Assembly: GCA_964016885.1 (NCBI GenBank)
Contig: OZ024752.1
Coordinates: 48,608,001 to 48,672,000 of the forward strand
Direction of reading: 5' to 3'
DNA: 64,000 nt
Source: Eledone cirrhosa
Lineage: Eukaryota
Positions within the stretch are counted from its first letter, which is position 1; the number at the start of each line of letters is the position of its first letter. The translations under genes were made by a program, and so were the position numbers. This document shows positions 14,177-27,810 of this stretch, in pieces. The notes beneath the pieces are model-generated. The model was not told the DNA's origin, ran no database searches, and saw nothing but the letters and a program-made list of their open reading frames with translations.

Positions 14177-14951
14177 CAGGGGTTTCAAATACAAGGACTC
14201 AGAAGTGCCATTACATCCTGGGAAAGAAGCACAGTTAGCTACAAACAGGTAAGATGAAGGAGTGCTTGATTCCACCAGTTATAATACTAATCTCCAGTAC
14301 AGCAGGATGGGCTGTTATTAATTTTCTTTTTCTTTAACCCTTTAACATTTACATTACTCTATATATACTATTATATACTATTCATTGTAAAGGCTTTACC
14401 TCACGTAATTATCGCACATAATATTGAATCTATGAGATTTTGATATTATTATTTTTCTTTTTAAGGGCGGTGGATTGGCAGTATCGGTAGAGGGTCGGAC
14501 GCCATGCTTTGACTCATAGAGTTGTGGCCCTTGCCATTCTCAGTGCAAATCCCGCCGAGGTTAACTTTGCCTTCCATCCTTACGGGGTCGATAAAATAAA
14601 GTACCAGTAATACACTTGGATAATTGCTGGCCTTGTGCCAAAAGTAGAAACAATTATTATTTTTTCTTTAGAACAATACCTTAACATCAGTATGAGTGGC
14701 CTGTTACAGCTGGTTTGCACAGAAAGAGGCGAGAGAATTCTGGCCGGTTATGGTCGGTTTAAATGCTAAAGGGTTAAAATGAAATACACACATGATAGTA
14801 AGTTGGATATGCGGATTAGTACAAAATGTATTGGGACAAATTTTCCATTTCAAATCTTTCTTAATTAGGCATGAAAATTGTTCTGTCGTGGGCCATAGCA
14901 AAATGAATTACAGGCTGCATGTGGCCTGTGTGTCAAGTGTTTGAGATCCTG
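14177..14951. mobile_element. hAT (Charlie-like) MITE containing nested elements
   Basis: CAGGGGTTTCAAA ... TTTGAGATCCTG ends; 8-bp flanks ATTTAGAG / ATCTAGAA fit the NTCTAGAN target; GGCTGCATGTGGCC subterminal motif. Confidence 0.6.
14334..14777. mobile_element. TTAA MITE (family C) with a full SINE B inserted at 14464-14660
   Basis: TTAA-CCCTTTAACATTTAC ... AAATGCTAAAGGG-TTAA; SINE B A box TGGCAGTATCGG and ATT tail. Confidence 0.9.
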
Positions 14952-15270
14952 ATCTAGAAGATAGTTCAAATTGATCTCCATAAAAATATGCAAAGAAAAT
15001 AACTGAGAAATATAGAAATTAAAATTTCTAACAATTTTAGTCTTACAGATGTTTTGTTTTCTTGAAAAACAAGCCTAATTTCAAAATACTGTATTAATTT
15101 TCATAATTATTGTATGTTAATTATTTTTCTAATCAACAAATTATTCAACGACTATTTCATTGCTTGGGGGTATAAAATATTCTAAGGTTTTCTTTGTGAA
15201 GTTTTAAAGAATAAAGTTCAGGAAAAAAAAAGCATATATTGCATATGACCTAGTTGAAAATTTGTGTCCA

Positions 15271-15295
15271 AACCCTAACCCTAACCCTAACCCTA
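15271..15295 (-). repeat. Four interstitial TTAGGG (telomere-type) units
   Basis: (AACCCT)x4 on the plus strand. Confidence 0.8.
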
Positions 15296-15399
15296 TGCAA
15301 AATTCCAGCTATGTAAGTAAAAAAACTGCAGCCTAAAACTTTGAACATCTGTACATTCATTTTTATTTTTGACTGTTTTGATAAACTTTCTGAAAAGTT

Positions 15400-16240
15400 T
15401 CGAAAAAATGTGGAACCCTCATCTCCAGGAGTACGAAGAGTGAGTACCCCTTTCCTCTCTTCCTCTTTTTCCTCAACCTACAGACTGATATAGAGAGAAG
15501 GCCCATTCACTCAGGCCATTCTCGCCACTTTCACCCACCTTTCATAAAACTTGCTGGGGTACAGCACCTCTCTCTCCATCCTGATTCTTCTTCCAAATAG
15601 ATAGATAGATAGATAGAGGAAGAGAGAAAGAGAGGGAGAGAGAAAGAGTGAGAGAGGTATAGATAGAGAGAGTGAGAGAGATATAGATAGAGAGAGAGAA
15701 TGAGGGAAAGAGATAGACAGATAGGTAGATAGATAGAGAGATAGATAAATTTCTTTATTAGCCACAGGGGCACAAAAGAAGGGGACAAATACAAAGGGGG
15801 AGTTTACATACAGGTATATGAAAATAAAGATATGTTTCTTTATTAGCCACAGTGGCACAAAAGAAGGGGACAAATACAAAGGGGGAGTTTACATACAGGT
15901 ATATGAAAATAAAGATATGTTTCTTTATTAGCCACAGGGGCACAAAAGAAGGGGACAAATACAAAGGGGGAGTTTACATACAGGTATATGAAAATAAAGA
16001 TATGTTTCTTTATTAGCCACAGGGGCACAAAAGAAGGGGACGAATACAAAAGGGGGAAGTTTACATACAATAAAAACGTGTAAAATATTATCACAAATGC
16101 AATTTAAAAATTAGTCTATTTTCCCCAATAGGGGGAGACAGTTCATATGGGTAACACATACCCCCGAAAAAATGTGCAACCCTCATCTCCAGGAGTACGA
16201 AGAGTTTGTACCCCTTTCCTCTCCTCCTCCTTTTCCTCAA
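15400..16240 (-). mobile_element. Two fragments of a LINE 3' end (probably Tx1/L1-like), terminal 85 bp reiterated
   Basis: ORF end FGRRIRMEREVLYPSKFYERWVKVARMA* (15597-15511); shared 3'UTR segment at ~15410-15475 and ~16170-16240; end with AATAAAGAAA; 85-bp units at 15750, 15835, 15920, 16005. Confidence 0.55.
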
Positions 16241-16860
16241 AATAAAGATAGATAGATAGATAGACAGATATATATATAGATAGATAGTAAGATAGAGAGA
16301 TATATAGATAGATAGAGAGAGAGAGACATATGAACAGATAGAGAGAGATATATATAGATAGAAAGTAAGATAGAGAGATAGAGAGATAGATAGATAGTAA
16401 GATAGAGAGATAGATATATAGATAGTAAGATAGAGAGATATATAGATATGTAGAGAGAGAGAGAGACATGGACAGATAGACAGATGACAAATAGAAGAAA
16501 CTAAAGAAGAAGAAACAAAAAGATGGGTGGTGTAGGGTTGTGAACGCTGGTGTTATCAGGTTTTAGTTTGAGATTTCTTCACAGTTTAACATAAAACCTT
16601 CGCGTATGTATAGTTTTGCTTGAAATGACGCGAAGCATCGGAGCTAAACATGAAATATCAATCAACATTATAGTGTCCTTTGATGTCAGCATCTTAATTA
16701 AGATGTTAATACCAGAGTATCTAATTGGCAACACATAAATCAGTTGAAATGCAAAATGTAAGCCAATGTAATACATACAATATACCTTCACGCCAAAAGA
16801 AACTCTGGCAAGTAGATGGTAAAGTTCTTGGATAGATAGATAGATATGTATATATGAATG

Positions 16861-16891
<31 letters not shown>

Positions 16892-17047
16892 GTATATATA
16901 TATGTATATATATATGTATATATATACACACACAGATATATATATATACATATATTTATATATATATACATATATATATATATATACATATATATGTACA
17001 TATGTATAAACATATATATGTATATATATGTATATATATATATACAT

Positions 17048-17135
<88 letters not shown>

Positions 17136-17604
17136 GTATATATATATACATATATATATGTATATATATATATACATATATATGTATATATATATACATA
17201 TATATGTATATATATATACATATATATGTATATATATATACATATATATGTATATATATACATATATATGTATATATATATACATATATATGTATATATA
17301 TATACATATATATGTATATATATATACATATATATATGTATATATATGTATATATATATATATACATATATATGTATATACATATATATGTATATATATA
17401 TTTATACATATATATGTATATATATATATATACATATATGTATATATATATATACATATATATGTATATATATGTATATATATATACATATACATATACA
17501 TATATAGATATATATATACATATATATATATACATATATGTGCATATAAGCATAAATAAATACATATATATATATATACATATATATACATATATATACA
17601 TATG

Positions 17605-17646
<42 letters not shown>

Positions 17647-18454
17647 CACACACTCATATATACATTACACATACAAATATATATATACATATACACACAC
17701 ACATATATATACATATACATACAAATATAACAAATATATATACAGACATACATATAAAAAGAGAGATAGATATGAGAGAGAGAGAGATAAGAGATTTAGA
17801 GAGCAAGAGAAAAAGCAGAGATTTAACCCAAAGCTGATCAAATGTGTGAGAGATCAAACACAAAAGAGAGAAACAGAACGGATCCCCTCAGTTACCATTT
17901 CAAAAGACAAGGTGCTGGCAAGCGATGTTGGATATCTTTTGAAGTAGGAATTTAGCATCAACTGATTAGAGATAGATATCAAGTTCTTTGTATAGAAACT
18001 ATGTTTTCACTATGTTTTCCCTTCATCATCACCCCCACACATATATATTTAGATATGACATGTTCTTTGTATAGAAAGTATGTTTTCAGTATGTTTTCCC
18101 CTCATCATCACCGCACACATATATATCTAGATATGAGATGTTCTTCAATATTCTCTTGTGTTATGTTAATGTGTTGGCTTATTTGTTGTTTGTGGTCTTC
18201 CGGTACAAATATGCTGTTTTTTCTTTTAGTATATTCTATTTGTTTGTTTGTTTGTGTATGTGTGTGTAAGTGTAAGTGTGTGTGTGTGTGTGTGTGCTTG
18301 TAGAACTAGATATCTCTTTTGTGTTTAGGAGTATGTGTGTTGTGTGTGTATATGTATATATAAATATACATATATGAATATATATATAAATATACATACA
18401 CATATTTATGTTTATAAATATATATGTTTATAAATATATATATTTGTATGTATG

Positions 18455-18510
<56 letters not shown>

Positions 18511-18616
18511 TATTAAAAATATATATATGAAAGAAAGAGACAGAGAGCAACATGCACACACACACACACACACATATATATATACCCATATGCATATCTA
18601 TATATACACGCACATG

Positions 18617-18682
<66 letters not shown>

Positions 18683-18953
18683 TTCACATACACCTATATT
18701 CTTGACAGTTTCATACTACTAAATTAATGATATGCACATATGTAATTACATATGCATGCATGCCAGTGCATATATGTGTGGGTTTTATATACATATACAC
18801 TCATAAAGTTTGCGTGTGACTGGATGTTACACAACGTTTTATGTAGCAAGATTTTTCTTACTGATAAGGAACCAAGATTCCAAACTTTGAATATATTTAA
18901 ATGAAACAAATCAAATGTCATGGCTACATACACACACACACAGATATATATAT

Positions 18954-19009
<56 letters not shown>

Positions 19010-19434
19010 TAATAAAAATAATGAATAAAAACAAAGAAACAGTTCCTTATATTAAAAAATTCATCATTTTACGATCGTTTCTAGGATATATATATGTGCG
19101 TGTGTTGGTATGTATATTATATAGATCTATGTAAAATTTTTACAAACTATCAGAGGGAATATACATACCTACACATATATATGCTGTCTTCAGAAATAAT
19201 CTCCTTCTTTCTCTTTTATCTAGTGTATAAAATATTTTCATATCATTCCAATACAAAGGTCTGACGACATGGTGTGTTTGCTTACAGTGTACCTTTGGTT
19301 TATGATAATATTTTTATATTATTCAAATAGCGAGGTATAGGTAACCCATACACTATAGAAACAATTGTTACCTAATAAATTCTGTATACCCGCATTTCCA
19401 TTTCATAAACTTCTTCTCCATATATATATATATA

Positions 19435-19722
19435 TCATCATCATCATCACCGTTTTACGTTAATTCTTCCGCGCTAGCATGGGTTAGACGGGTTGTCCTG
19501 TTGTGGTCGGTTGACCTTGGCTTGCTCATACAGGAACTGATTCTGGCTTGATTTCTACAGCTGGATGCCCTTCCTAACACCAACCTCATTTACAGTGAGT
19601 GCTGGGTGCTTTTTTTCCTGTGGCACCTCCACGACCACTTTGCAGTGGAAGTGGGTGGGGGCATATTGTCTATATGCTTCAGCTTCGGCTTGTACCCCTG
19701 GGAAGTTGGGTCTTCTGTATTA
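19435..19722 (-). mobile_element. RTE-type LINE 3' end (family D)
   Basis: Same organisation as 8652-8990. Confidence 0.75.
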
Positions 19723-20153
19723 CATATGTTGACATATATATACATATAAATGAATATATATATATAAAGAAAATCGATTCCGTGAAATATTATATTGGCA
19801 ATAAACGTCATTCTTGTGAAAAGCGAAATAACCATGAAAAAAACAACAAAAAAACGCTTGAAAACGACTTAGGAAAAAAATTTAACTCAAAATCAAAATT
19901 TAATCCCAAAGAGAGGAAATTGGAAAGTTCCTTAAACCCTGTTTGAAGGGATTTTTAGGTCCCAAAATATTGGACAGAAGACAACAACAACAACAACAAA
20001 AAACAAGACTAAGTTTACCAGGTACCTTTTACTTTTCATTACCTCAACTTACAGTCCATTTTGCATTGTTTAGTCTTCTATCTCTTTCAACAATATATAT
20101 TATATAAACATTTTATATATATATATATAGCCTGTGAATGTATGTATATATAA

Positions 20154-20346
20154 TAATAATTGTTTCTACTTTAGGCACAAGGCCAGCAATTACCCAGTAC
20201 ATTACTGGTACTTTATTTTATCGACCCCCGTAAGGATGAAGGACAAAGTCAACCTCAGCGGGATTTGAACTCAGACCGTAAAGGGACATAACTGTGCTGG
20301 AAAGCATGGCGTCCGACCCTCTACCGATACTGCCAATCCACCGCCC
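20154..20346 (-). mobile_element. Full SINE B, followed by a CR1 tail remnant (20355-20410, minus)
   Basis: GGGCGGTGGATTGGCAGTATCGG...GAGTTCAAATCCCG...AAAGTAGAAACAATTATT. Confidence 0.9.
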
Positions 20347-20454
20347 ATGTATATATAATAATAATAATAATGAAATTATTGTGTACAGTGCTCAGGTGCA
20401 CTACAACTTGTAAGGACATATTACTGAGACTGCCCACGTTTGTCTTTAGGGGTA

Positions 20455-20624
20455 TGTGTATATATGTACCTGTAGGTGAATCTGTGTGTGTGTGTATGTG
20501 TGTATATATGTACCTGTAGGTGAATCTGTGTGTGTGTGTATGTGTGTATATATGTACCTGCAAGTGAATCTGTGTGTTTGTGTATATATATGCGTGTGTG
20601 TGTGTATGTTCCTGTAAGTGAATC

Positions 20625-20675
<51 letters not shown>

Positions 20676-20780
20676 ATATGGGTGTATATATCTACCTGCA
20701 GGTGAATCTGTGTGTGTATATGTGCGTGTGTGTGTGTATGGCTGTATATATATATATACACCTGCAGGTGAATCTGTATA
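20455..20780 (+). repeat. Minisatellite: TACCTGYAGGTGAATCTG anchor + (TG)n spacer, ~6 units
   Basis: Directly visible. Confidence 0.85.
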
Positions 20781-21699
20781 TATGTGTGTTTGTGTGTGTG
20801 TATGTGTGTATATATGAGTGTATGTGTGCATATGTGTGTGTATGTGTGTATATATGTGTGTATGTGTGCATATGTGTGTGTATGTGTGTATATATATATG
20901 TGTGTATGTGTGTATATGTGTGTATATGTGTGTGTATGTGTGCATATGTGTGTGTATGTGTGTGTATGTGTGTATATCTGTGACTATGTGAGTGTGTTTG
21001 TGTGTGTGTATATGTTTATACATTTATTCTTTATCAATTTCAATTTAGACTATTTTCTGATTACCAACTTAAACCGCCAACCCATTCCTAGCCCTAACTC
21101 CCCCAACTCCATCCATACAAACACACAATAATACAGTATAATGCACTCTAACATAATGTAATATAAAAAATAACATTCATTTAAAGAATTATTAATTACT
21201 CTACATATGTTTTTTTGGTGTTTTTTTTTGTTTTGTTTTTTTGGTCATTTTTTTTTTTTGTGATTGTTTAAAATGTTTCTATGCATTAAAAAAAAACAAA
21301 AACATTTTTGTATATTTTGTGAATGTATTTGTTTGCCGAAAGAAACATAATTATTGATGTCTCACATGGTACATGGAAATTAAATAATGATTTCCTATAT
21401 TACAGTAACACTACAAACTTGGAGTTATAAAACTAATTCTCGAGCCTAGAGACTAAATTGACTAAAGTTTCTTCTAGTTCTAGATTCAATGCCGATAAAG
21501 GCAGAGAGTGAAAGGTTCCATCAAACCAATATGAAGAGGAATGGAGTAGATCCAAAGTACTGATTCTGCAGTGATGAGATTGAAACAGTGGACCGTTTAA
21601 TCTTTTGATGTAAAGTTTTAGCACCAGTAGAATATAAATCAAGAGATGACAGAGTTGGCCAATATCTACATTGGTTAATATGTCAGTATTATATAACCA

Positions 21700-21820
21700 A
21701 ATCTGAGTTCAAATCCCGCCGAGGTTAACTTTGCCTTTCATCCTTACGGGGTCGATAAAATAAAGTACCAGTAATACACTGGGATAATTGCTGGCCTTGT
21801 GCAAAAAGTAGAAACAATTA
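21700..21820 (+). mobile_element. 5'-truncated SINE B with 14-bp TSD
   Basis: ATTATATAACCAAA at 21688-21701 and 21817-21830. Confidence 0.9.
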
Positions 21821-21859
21821 TATAACCAAAACTTATGCCAAGCATCACCTTCAGGCTGT

Positions 21860-22436
21860 AACTGAGGAAGAAATTCTAACGATTCTTTGAGACTTTCCTC
21901 TAAATACAGACAGAACCATCAAAGCTTCAGGCTGTAACTAATGGAGAAAACGATTCTTTCGAACTTTCCTCAACATACAGACAGAACCATCAAAGCTAAT
22001 AAACCACATTATTGTAAAGTACCAAAATAACAATGTCTGTTTGTTTAGCATCCCATGTGATCACAATATTGTAGTAAAAGAATTTGACAAGCTCAGAATA
22101 TATAAAGATTTGCTCATTGAAATTTTAAAAAATGTAGCAACTCAACGTGGTTACAAAACCCCCGATGTGATTCTAGGAGAATTTAGAATGATCAAAGAGG
22201 AAACAGAAAATTATTCTAGAATGATCTCTGGCTTCCCGAAATACGCCAAAACTACACCTGATGTACCCCTTCCATACACATGCACACATGTGTGTATCAT
22301 GACTCGTGCACTGTTCATTTTCCTGACATTTGTACATTGTTCTGTGTACTATACATGCACCTTTGATACATTGTTCTGTGTACTATACATGCACCTTTGA
22401 TGAGTTGTAGTGCACCTGAGCACTGTCCACAATATT

Positions 22437-22467
<31 letters not shown>

Positions 22468-22575
22468 TATATGACTCATACACTGTTCATTTTCCTGACA
22501 TTTGTACATTATTCTGTGTACTATACATGCACCTTTGATGAGTTGTAGTGCACCTGAGCACTGTACACAAATATT

Positions 22576-22623
<48 letters not shown>

Positions 22624-22830
22624 CATGACTCATACACTGTTCATTTTCCTAACATTTGTACATCATTCTGTGTACTATACATGCACCTTTGATGAGTTGT
22701 AGTGCATCTGAGCACTGTACACAATAATTTCATTATTATTATTATTATTACCAACAGTGTAAATATTGTTTTAACTAGGATGACATTGGTATTGAGAAGA
22801 ACACCATCACTGAGAATAATAATAATAATA
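21860..22830 (+). mobile_element. Degenerate R4/Dong-like non-LTR element, restriction-like endonuclease C-terminus, split by a CR1 insertion
   Basis: TDRTIKANKP..IIVK...SIPCDHNIVVKEFDKLRIYKDLLIEI...MIKEETE..MISG; resumes at ~22751 as IVLTRMTLVLRRTPSL then (AAT)n. Confidence 0.75.
22231..22750 (+). mobile_element. CR1-type LINE 3' end with triplicated 3'UTR
   Basis: LPEIRQNYT* matches 39762-39792; three copies of GATGAGTTGTAGTGCAYCTGAGCACTGT..(ATT)n. Confidence 0.8.
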
Positions 22831-22855
22831 ATCCATGACATTCTTTTACATAACT

Positions 22856-23083
22856 TTAACCCTTTAGCATTCAAACCGGCTGTATCCGGCCAGAATTCTC
22901 TCACCTCTTTCTGTTCAAACTGGCTGTAAAAGGCTACTCATACTTATGTTAAGGTATTCTTCTCAAAATAAATATCATCAAAATCTCATAGATTGATAGT
23001 ATGTGAGATAATTATGTGAAATAAAGTATTTACCATGAAAATACAAAAGTATATATAGAGTAATCGAAATGGTAAAGGGTTAA
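22856..23083. mobile_element. TTAA MITE (family C), unexpanded ~220 bp
   Basis: TTAA-CCCTTTAGCATT ... AATGGTAAAGGG-TTAA. Confidence 0.9.
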
Positions 23084-23199
23084 ATTATATTCCATAATTT
23101 TATAAGTTGTGAATAATTAAGCGGCTTTATATGATTGATTATCATTCTGGCGTAAATATGATTTTAAACAGATAATATGCACATGATATTGATGATAAT

Positions 23200-23606
23200 A
23201 ATAATAATAATTGTTTCTACTTTTGGCACAAGGCCAGCAATTACCCCAGTGCATTACTGGTACTTTATTTTATCTTTATCGATCCCGTAAGGATGAAAGG
23301 CAAAGTTAACCCTGGAGGGAGATTTGAACTCAGTCCGCAAGGGGACGTAACTCTATGCTGGAAAGCATGGCGTCCGACCCTCTACTCATACTGCCAGATA
23401 ATGATAATAATAGTAATAATTGTTTCTACGTTTGGCACAAGGCCAGCAATTACCCAGTGCATTACTGGTACTTTATTTTATCGACCCCCGTAAGGATGAA
23501 AGGCAAAGTCAACCTCGGCGGGATTTGAACTCAGATCGTAAAGGGACGTAACTATGCTGGAAAGCATGGCGTCCGACCCTCTACCGATACTGCCAATCCA
23601 CCGCCC

Positions 23607-23610
<4 letters not shown>
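23200..23610 (-). mobile_element. Two tandem SINE B copies within (TAA)n
   Basis: ~23203-23400 and ~23413-23608, both with A/B boxes and ATT tails. Confidence 0.9.
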
Positions 23611-23645
<35 letters not shown>

Positions 23646-23750
23646 TTATATATAGTAATCGTAATGATAATTAAACTCAGAATTATTATTTTGGGTAGAT
23701 TTCCATTAATTAATCCCCAAAACAAATAACGTACACCCAAAAAGGTATAT

Positions 23751-23785
<35 letters not shown>

Positions 23786-24560
23786 TAATAATTTTATTAT
23801 TATTATTATTATTATTATAAATAAATGAGTAAATAAAATATATAACAAATAAGCATATCAACTTTCCTCTCCTACACATACATACACGTACATGCAAAAA
23901 CACACAAGCACATGCACATACGCCTCCCGCCCACCCAGTCACTCCTGAACCAAACCATCCACAGAACAGAAACCATGTTGAAAAGAAAACCAATAGAATT
24001 GACTGAAAGAGAGAGAGGGAGAGCAACATGTTTATCTCTGTTAGACATTTATTCCTATATATGTTATGTATTTTAGGAATTCCATACGAAAAAAGCACAT
24101 TTTTATTTCATAAAGTAACAATAAATACTTTTCTGTTTTTATGCTGTGTTTTTGTTAAATATCATAGCATACCATGTTCCAGCATGTAAAACAGTTAAAG
24201 AAAATGAATGCTAATTAACTATTATCGTTACATTTCAAATCTTTTTTCCTACCAAATTTCTTTCTTTTGTGTTTTTTTTATTTTTTTTTTGTAGACGGAG
24301 AAAATTTTTCTAAAACAAAAGAAAAAAAAAAGAAAAGAGAAAAGAAAATGAAGTTGTTTTATTGATGACTTATCTATTTTATAAAATTTTTTTTTTTTAG
24401 ATATGTTGAATTTTTTTTTTTTTTTTTTCGGTATAAACTAACGAATGGAATAAATTAATTAGAAGCTTTTAGGAATGGAATATATGTTTGTATATATAAA
24501 TGTGTGCATGTATGTACTTACTAGTATATGCTTCTAATGTTATGTATGTGTATGTGTGTA

Positions 24561-24608
<48 letters not shown>

Positions 24609-24641
24609 GCTACACATGAATATATATTTATTAGTATAGTA

Positions 24642-24688
<47 letters not shown>

Positions 24689-25113
24689 CTACACATGAAT
24701 ATATATTTATTAGTATATATGTATATATATATATACATATATATACATATATATATATGTATGTATAGGTACATGTATACACACACACATACATATATAC
24801 ACACACATGTATATATTCATCTACGATTGAGTATGAATATTTCTACATGTATGTGTTACTGTTTGTATATGTATGTATGTGGTAGTAATTTTGTCTATTA
24901 TCTAGTACTAAATTATTTCCATTGTAAATACTAAAAACAAATTAGCTGCAACTTCGTACTACACATTCTATTAATGAATGTCTTATTAGCAAAAGCACTC
25001 AAATCTCATTAAAAACAATACTTAACCCCACCCTCACCTACCCACCAATATTTCTTAAAAAAACTTTCTATCTCAAGTAAATAAATAAAGAGATAAATCA
25101 TATATATTATATA

Positions 25114-25293
25114 CCATATATGCCAGCATACAAGTCGATCCGACGCATAGGTTGACCCCTAAAATTCTGAGGTTTAGTTCAAGTGAAGCAGTATGCATGC
25201 TTCCATATGTTATATTCGGTGGACAAGTTGACCCTTGTTTTTGGAGAGATATTTTTAGGCTCCAAATGTCAACTCATACACCGGCATATACGG
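25114..25293. mobile_element. Tc1/mariner (pogo/Tc2-like) MITE
   Basis: TA-CCATATATGCCAGCATACAAGTCGA ... TCAACTCATACACCGGCATATACGG-TA imperfect TIRs with TA flanks; related right-end relic at ~42170-42322. Confidence 0.7.
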
Positions 25294-25638
25294 TATATTT
25301 TTTAATAAATACTAATTATTGATAGGTTTGAGAGGACCCTTTAGTTGTACCATGTACGTGACAGCCTCCTTATTGCTGGTTGCATGATACAATGGAATGT
25401 TTGGAAGGTCAATCAACCATAGAAACCTTGACAAACAGAATGTTGCAAGGACTCTTAACTTGTTTTAACCCTTTAACATTTAAAATAAAGAAATCATTAT
25501 TAAATTCAAAGTTAGAAATTTTACAAAATCACTCATAATTCTTGTTTACTTTGATAATTAAAACAAAGGGAAAATATAATCTTCTTTGAAATATTATCCG
25601 AAAAGGCTAACTCCATATTTAGAATTTCAGATTTTAAT

Positions 25639-25853
25639 TTAACCCTGTAGCATTTAAACCAGCCATATCTGGCCAGAATTCTCTCATTTCTTTCTGTTCA
25701 AACTGGTTGTAACCAGCCGTTCATACTGATGTTAAGGTACTGTTCTCAAAATAAATAATATCAAAATCTCATAGATTCGATAATATGAGAGATAATTATG
25801 AGAGATAAAGCCTTAATAGTATATATAGAGTAATGTGAATGCTAAAGGATTAA
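25639..25853. mobile_element. TTAA MITE (family C)
   Basis: TTAA-CCCTGTAGCATTTA ... AATGCTAAAGGA-TTAA. Confidence 0.85.
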
Positions 25854-26309
25854 GGATAAAACAACCAACCTTGTGTCAGCACCTAGGAAAAATATACTAA
25901 GTACATTTTGAAAATTGTTAATAGTTAGGAAAGGTTTCTAAGCTTATACACCATGCCAAACAATGGGTTAGAAGACACCTTTACTTGTGTCAAACACATG
26001 ACAACCTTTTTGGTGCCAGTACCACAATAATATGCACCCAGTACACTCTGTAAATTATTTGTGTGTTTGTGATTAGAAGAACCCGTGCCAAAACTTGAAC
26101 ATATGTAAATGAGCAATTGAGAAAATATCTAAATACATAAACTTTGAAATAAAAATAAATTAAATGTGGGCAATAAAAACAATCCCTATAAAAATAAATA
26201 CCTTGGAATTGTTAGTAATGGAAACCTTATAGTTTATTAAATCAACCCCTAGTGCATGTCTGGTATTTATTTTATCGATCCTGGAAAAATGAAAAACTAA
26301 AGACATAAT

Positions 26310-26750
26310 AGCACTGGACCGAGATCTTTGGCGCTACGCAGTAATACAGAAGACCTGCCTTGCCTATGTACAAAGCGAAACCTACAGTCAGTAGGCACTT
26401 CTTAACCACCCACATCCCACTACTCCTACTCCCACCCCCATCAACAACACCCCTTTCTCTGCAAAGTTATGTTGGTACCACAACATCCAGTCCTAAATAA
26501 ATGAGGTTGTGTAGGTGTCACGGCAAAAAAACACACAGTCCACGCTGTAATGTGGCCGTGTAGGTAACACGGTAAAAACCTCCCAGTCCACACTGTAACG
26601 TGGTTGGTGTTAGGAAGGGCATCCAGCCGTAGAAAACTCGCCAGACAGTCATATATTGGCGAGAAAACCAATCTTGCCTCAAGTGAGACAACTCCCGTCT
26701 AAACCCATGTTAGCGTGGAAGATAGATGTTAAACAATGGTGATGATGATG
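26310..26750 (+). mobile_element. Older RTE family D 3' end
   Basis: ALDRDLWRYAVIQKT ORF end, AGGAAGGGCATCCAGCCGTAG, CCGTCTAAACCCATGTTAGCGTGG (GAT)n. Confidence 0.7.
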
Positions 26751-27810
26751 ATTTTGAGTTGGATTTGAACTCGAAACATACAGGAAGAACTGCTGCTAAA
26801 TATCTCATGTAATTCTTCCCAACCCTCAACCAATTTTGTTACTTCAGTGTCCTAAAATACATTAAAATAAAATACAACATATAAATTTTTTTTTTTTTTA
26901 TTTTATTTTATCTCTCTTACTTTCCATAATAATTTTACAACCCTGTTTTAAAAAAATCTTTATTCATTTAAACAAAAAATTAATTTTTTTTTAAGATAAA
27001 AAAAAAATTCAACTTTTAGAATATGATGGAGAAAAATATTTTAAAAATTCTCTCTCACTAAATGGACAGTCCACATGATTGGTGCCAGTTTCAATAAAAA
27101 CCACAAGGTCTACTATCAGTCCCCTTTAATTACTTAAGAAGGTATTTCTAAGGCTAGTCTATAATAGTGGTCATTTCTTATAATGTCTTTCCTGTACAAA
27201 CCATATTCTTTGTTTTCTTTTCATATTATTAATTTTTATTTTGTCATTCTTTATTACAACTGAAATACAGCTATTCAAATTTGATAACAATCACCAAGCA
27301 AGCTCTTGAAAATGCATATTTTTCTTGCTAATGGTATAAAATACTAGTTCAAAGGATACTGTCAAAAATGTCAAATATATTTTTATATAATTAATTTGAA
27401 TGTGGGCATTGGATAAATAAATCCTTAATGTAGCAAAAACTGCATCATAATGACTGGCTTTTCTTTTGGGGATTAGTAGATATTTCAACTCCTAACAACT
27501 ACTAACCTGTCACAATGTTCAAATGAGACCCACAATAGGGTACTACTTACATATCTGGGATGGTGATTTTTAAAGGACTTTGTACAGAATGTATAGAGAA
27601 TGTATAGAAATTGAACATAGAATAACCACAATAGATTCCTAGGGAACATTCTTTTACTTAGACTGTCAGAAGTTTCTTCTATATCTGGCTATAAATGTGG
27701 TTCAATGGTTCAACCGTGAAAGTGTAAGCTAAGTCCAGACAGTCAGGGCCATATTTAGACTTTGGGGAGCCTGGGGCAGTTCATATAACAACACACGCAC
27801 ACACACATAT

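Noticed and set aside
15271-15295. Telomere or chromosome fusion site
   Set aside because: Only four units, single orientation, interstitial
19254-19297. CAAAGGT-CTGACGA...ACCTTTG hammerhead-like stem I and core
   Set aside because: No GAAA and no stem II
21433-21670. Non-repetitive 69-aa ORF on the minus strand as a candidate exon
   Set aside because: No recognisable protein similarity and a weak acceptor; cannot be supported without homology or RNA data
22200-22260. R4-CR1 chimeric retrotransposon
   Set aside because: The R4-like sequence resumes after 22750, so this is a nested insertion
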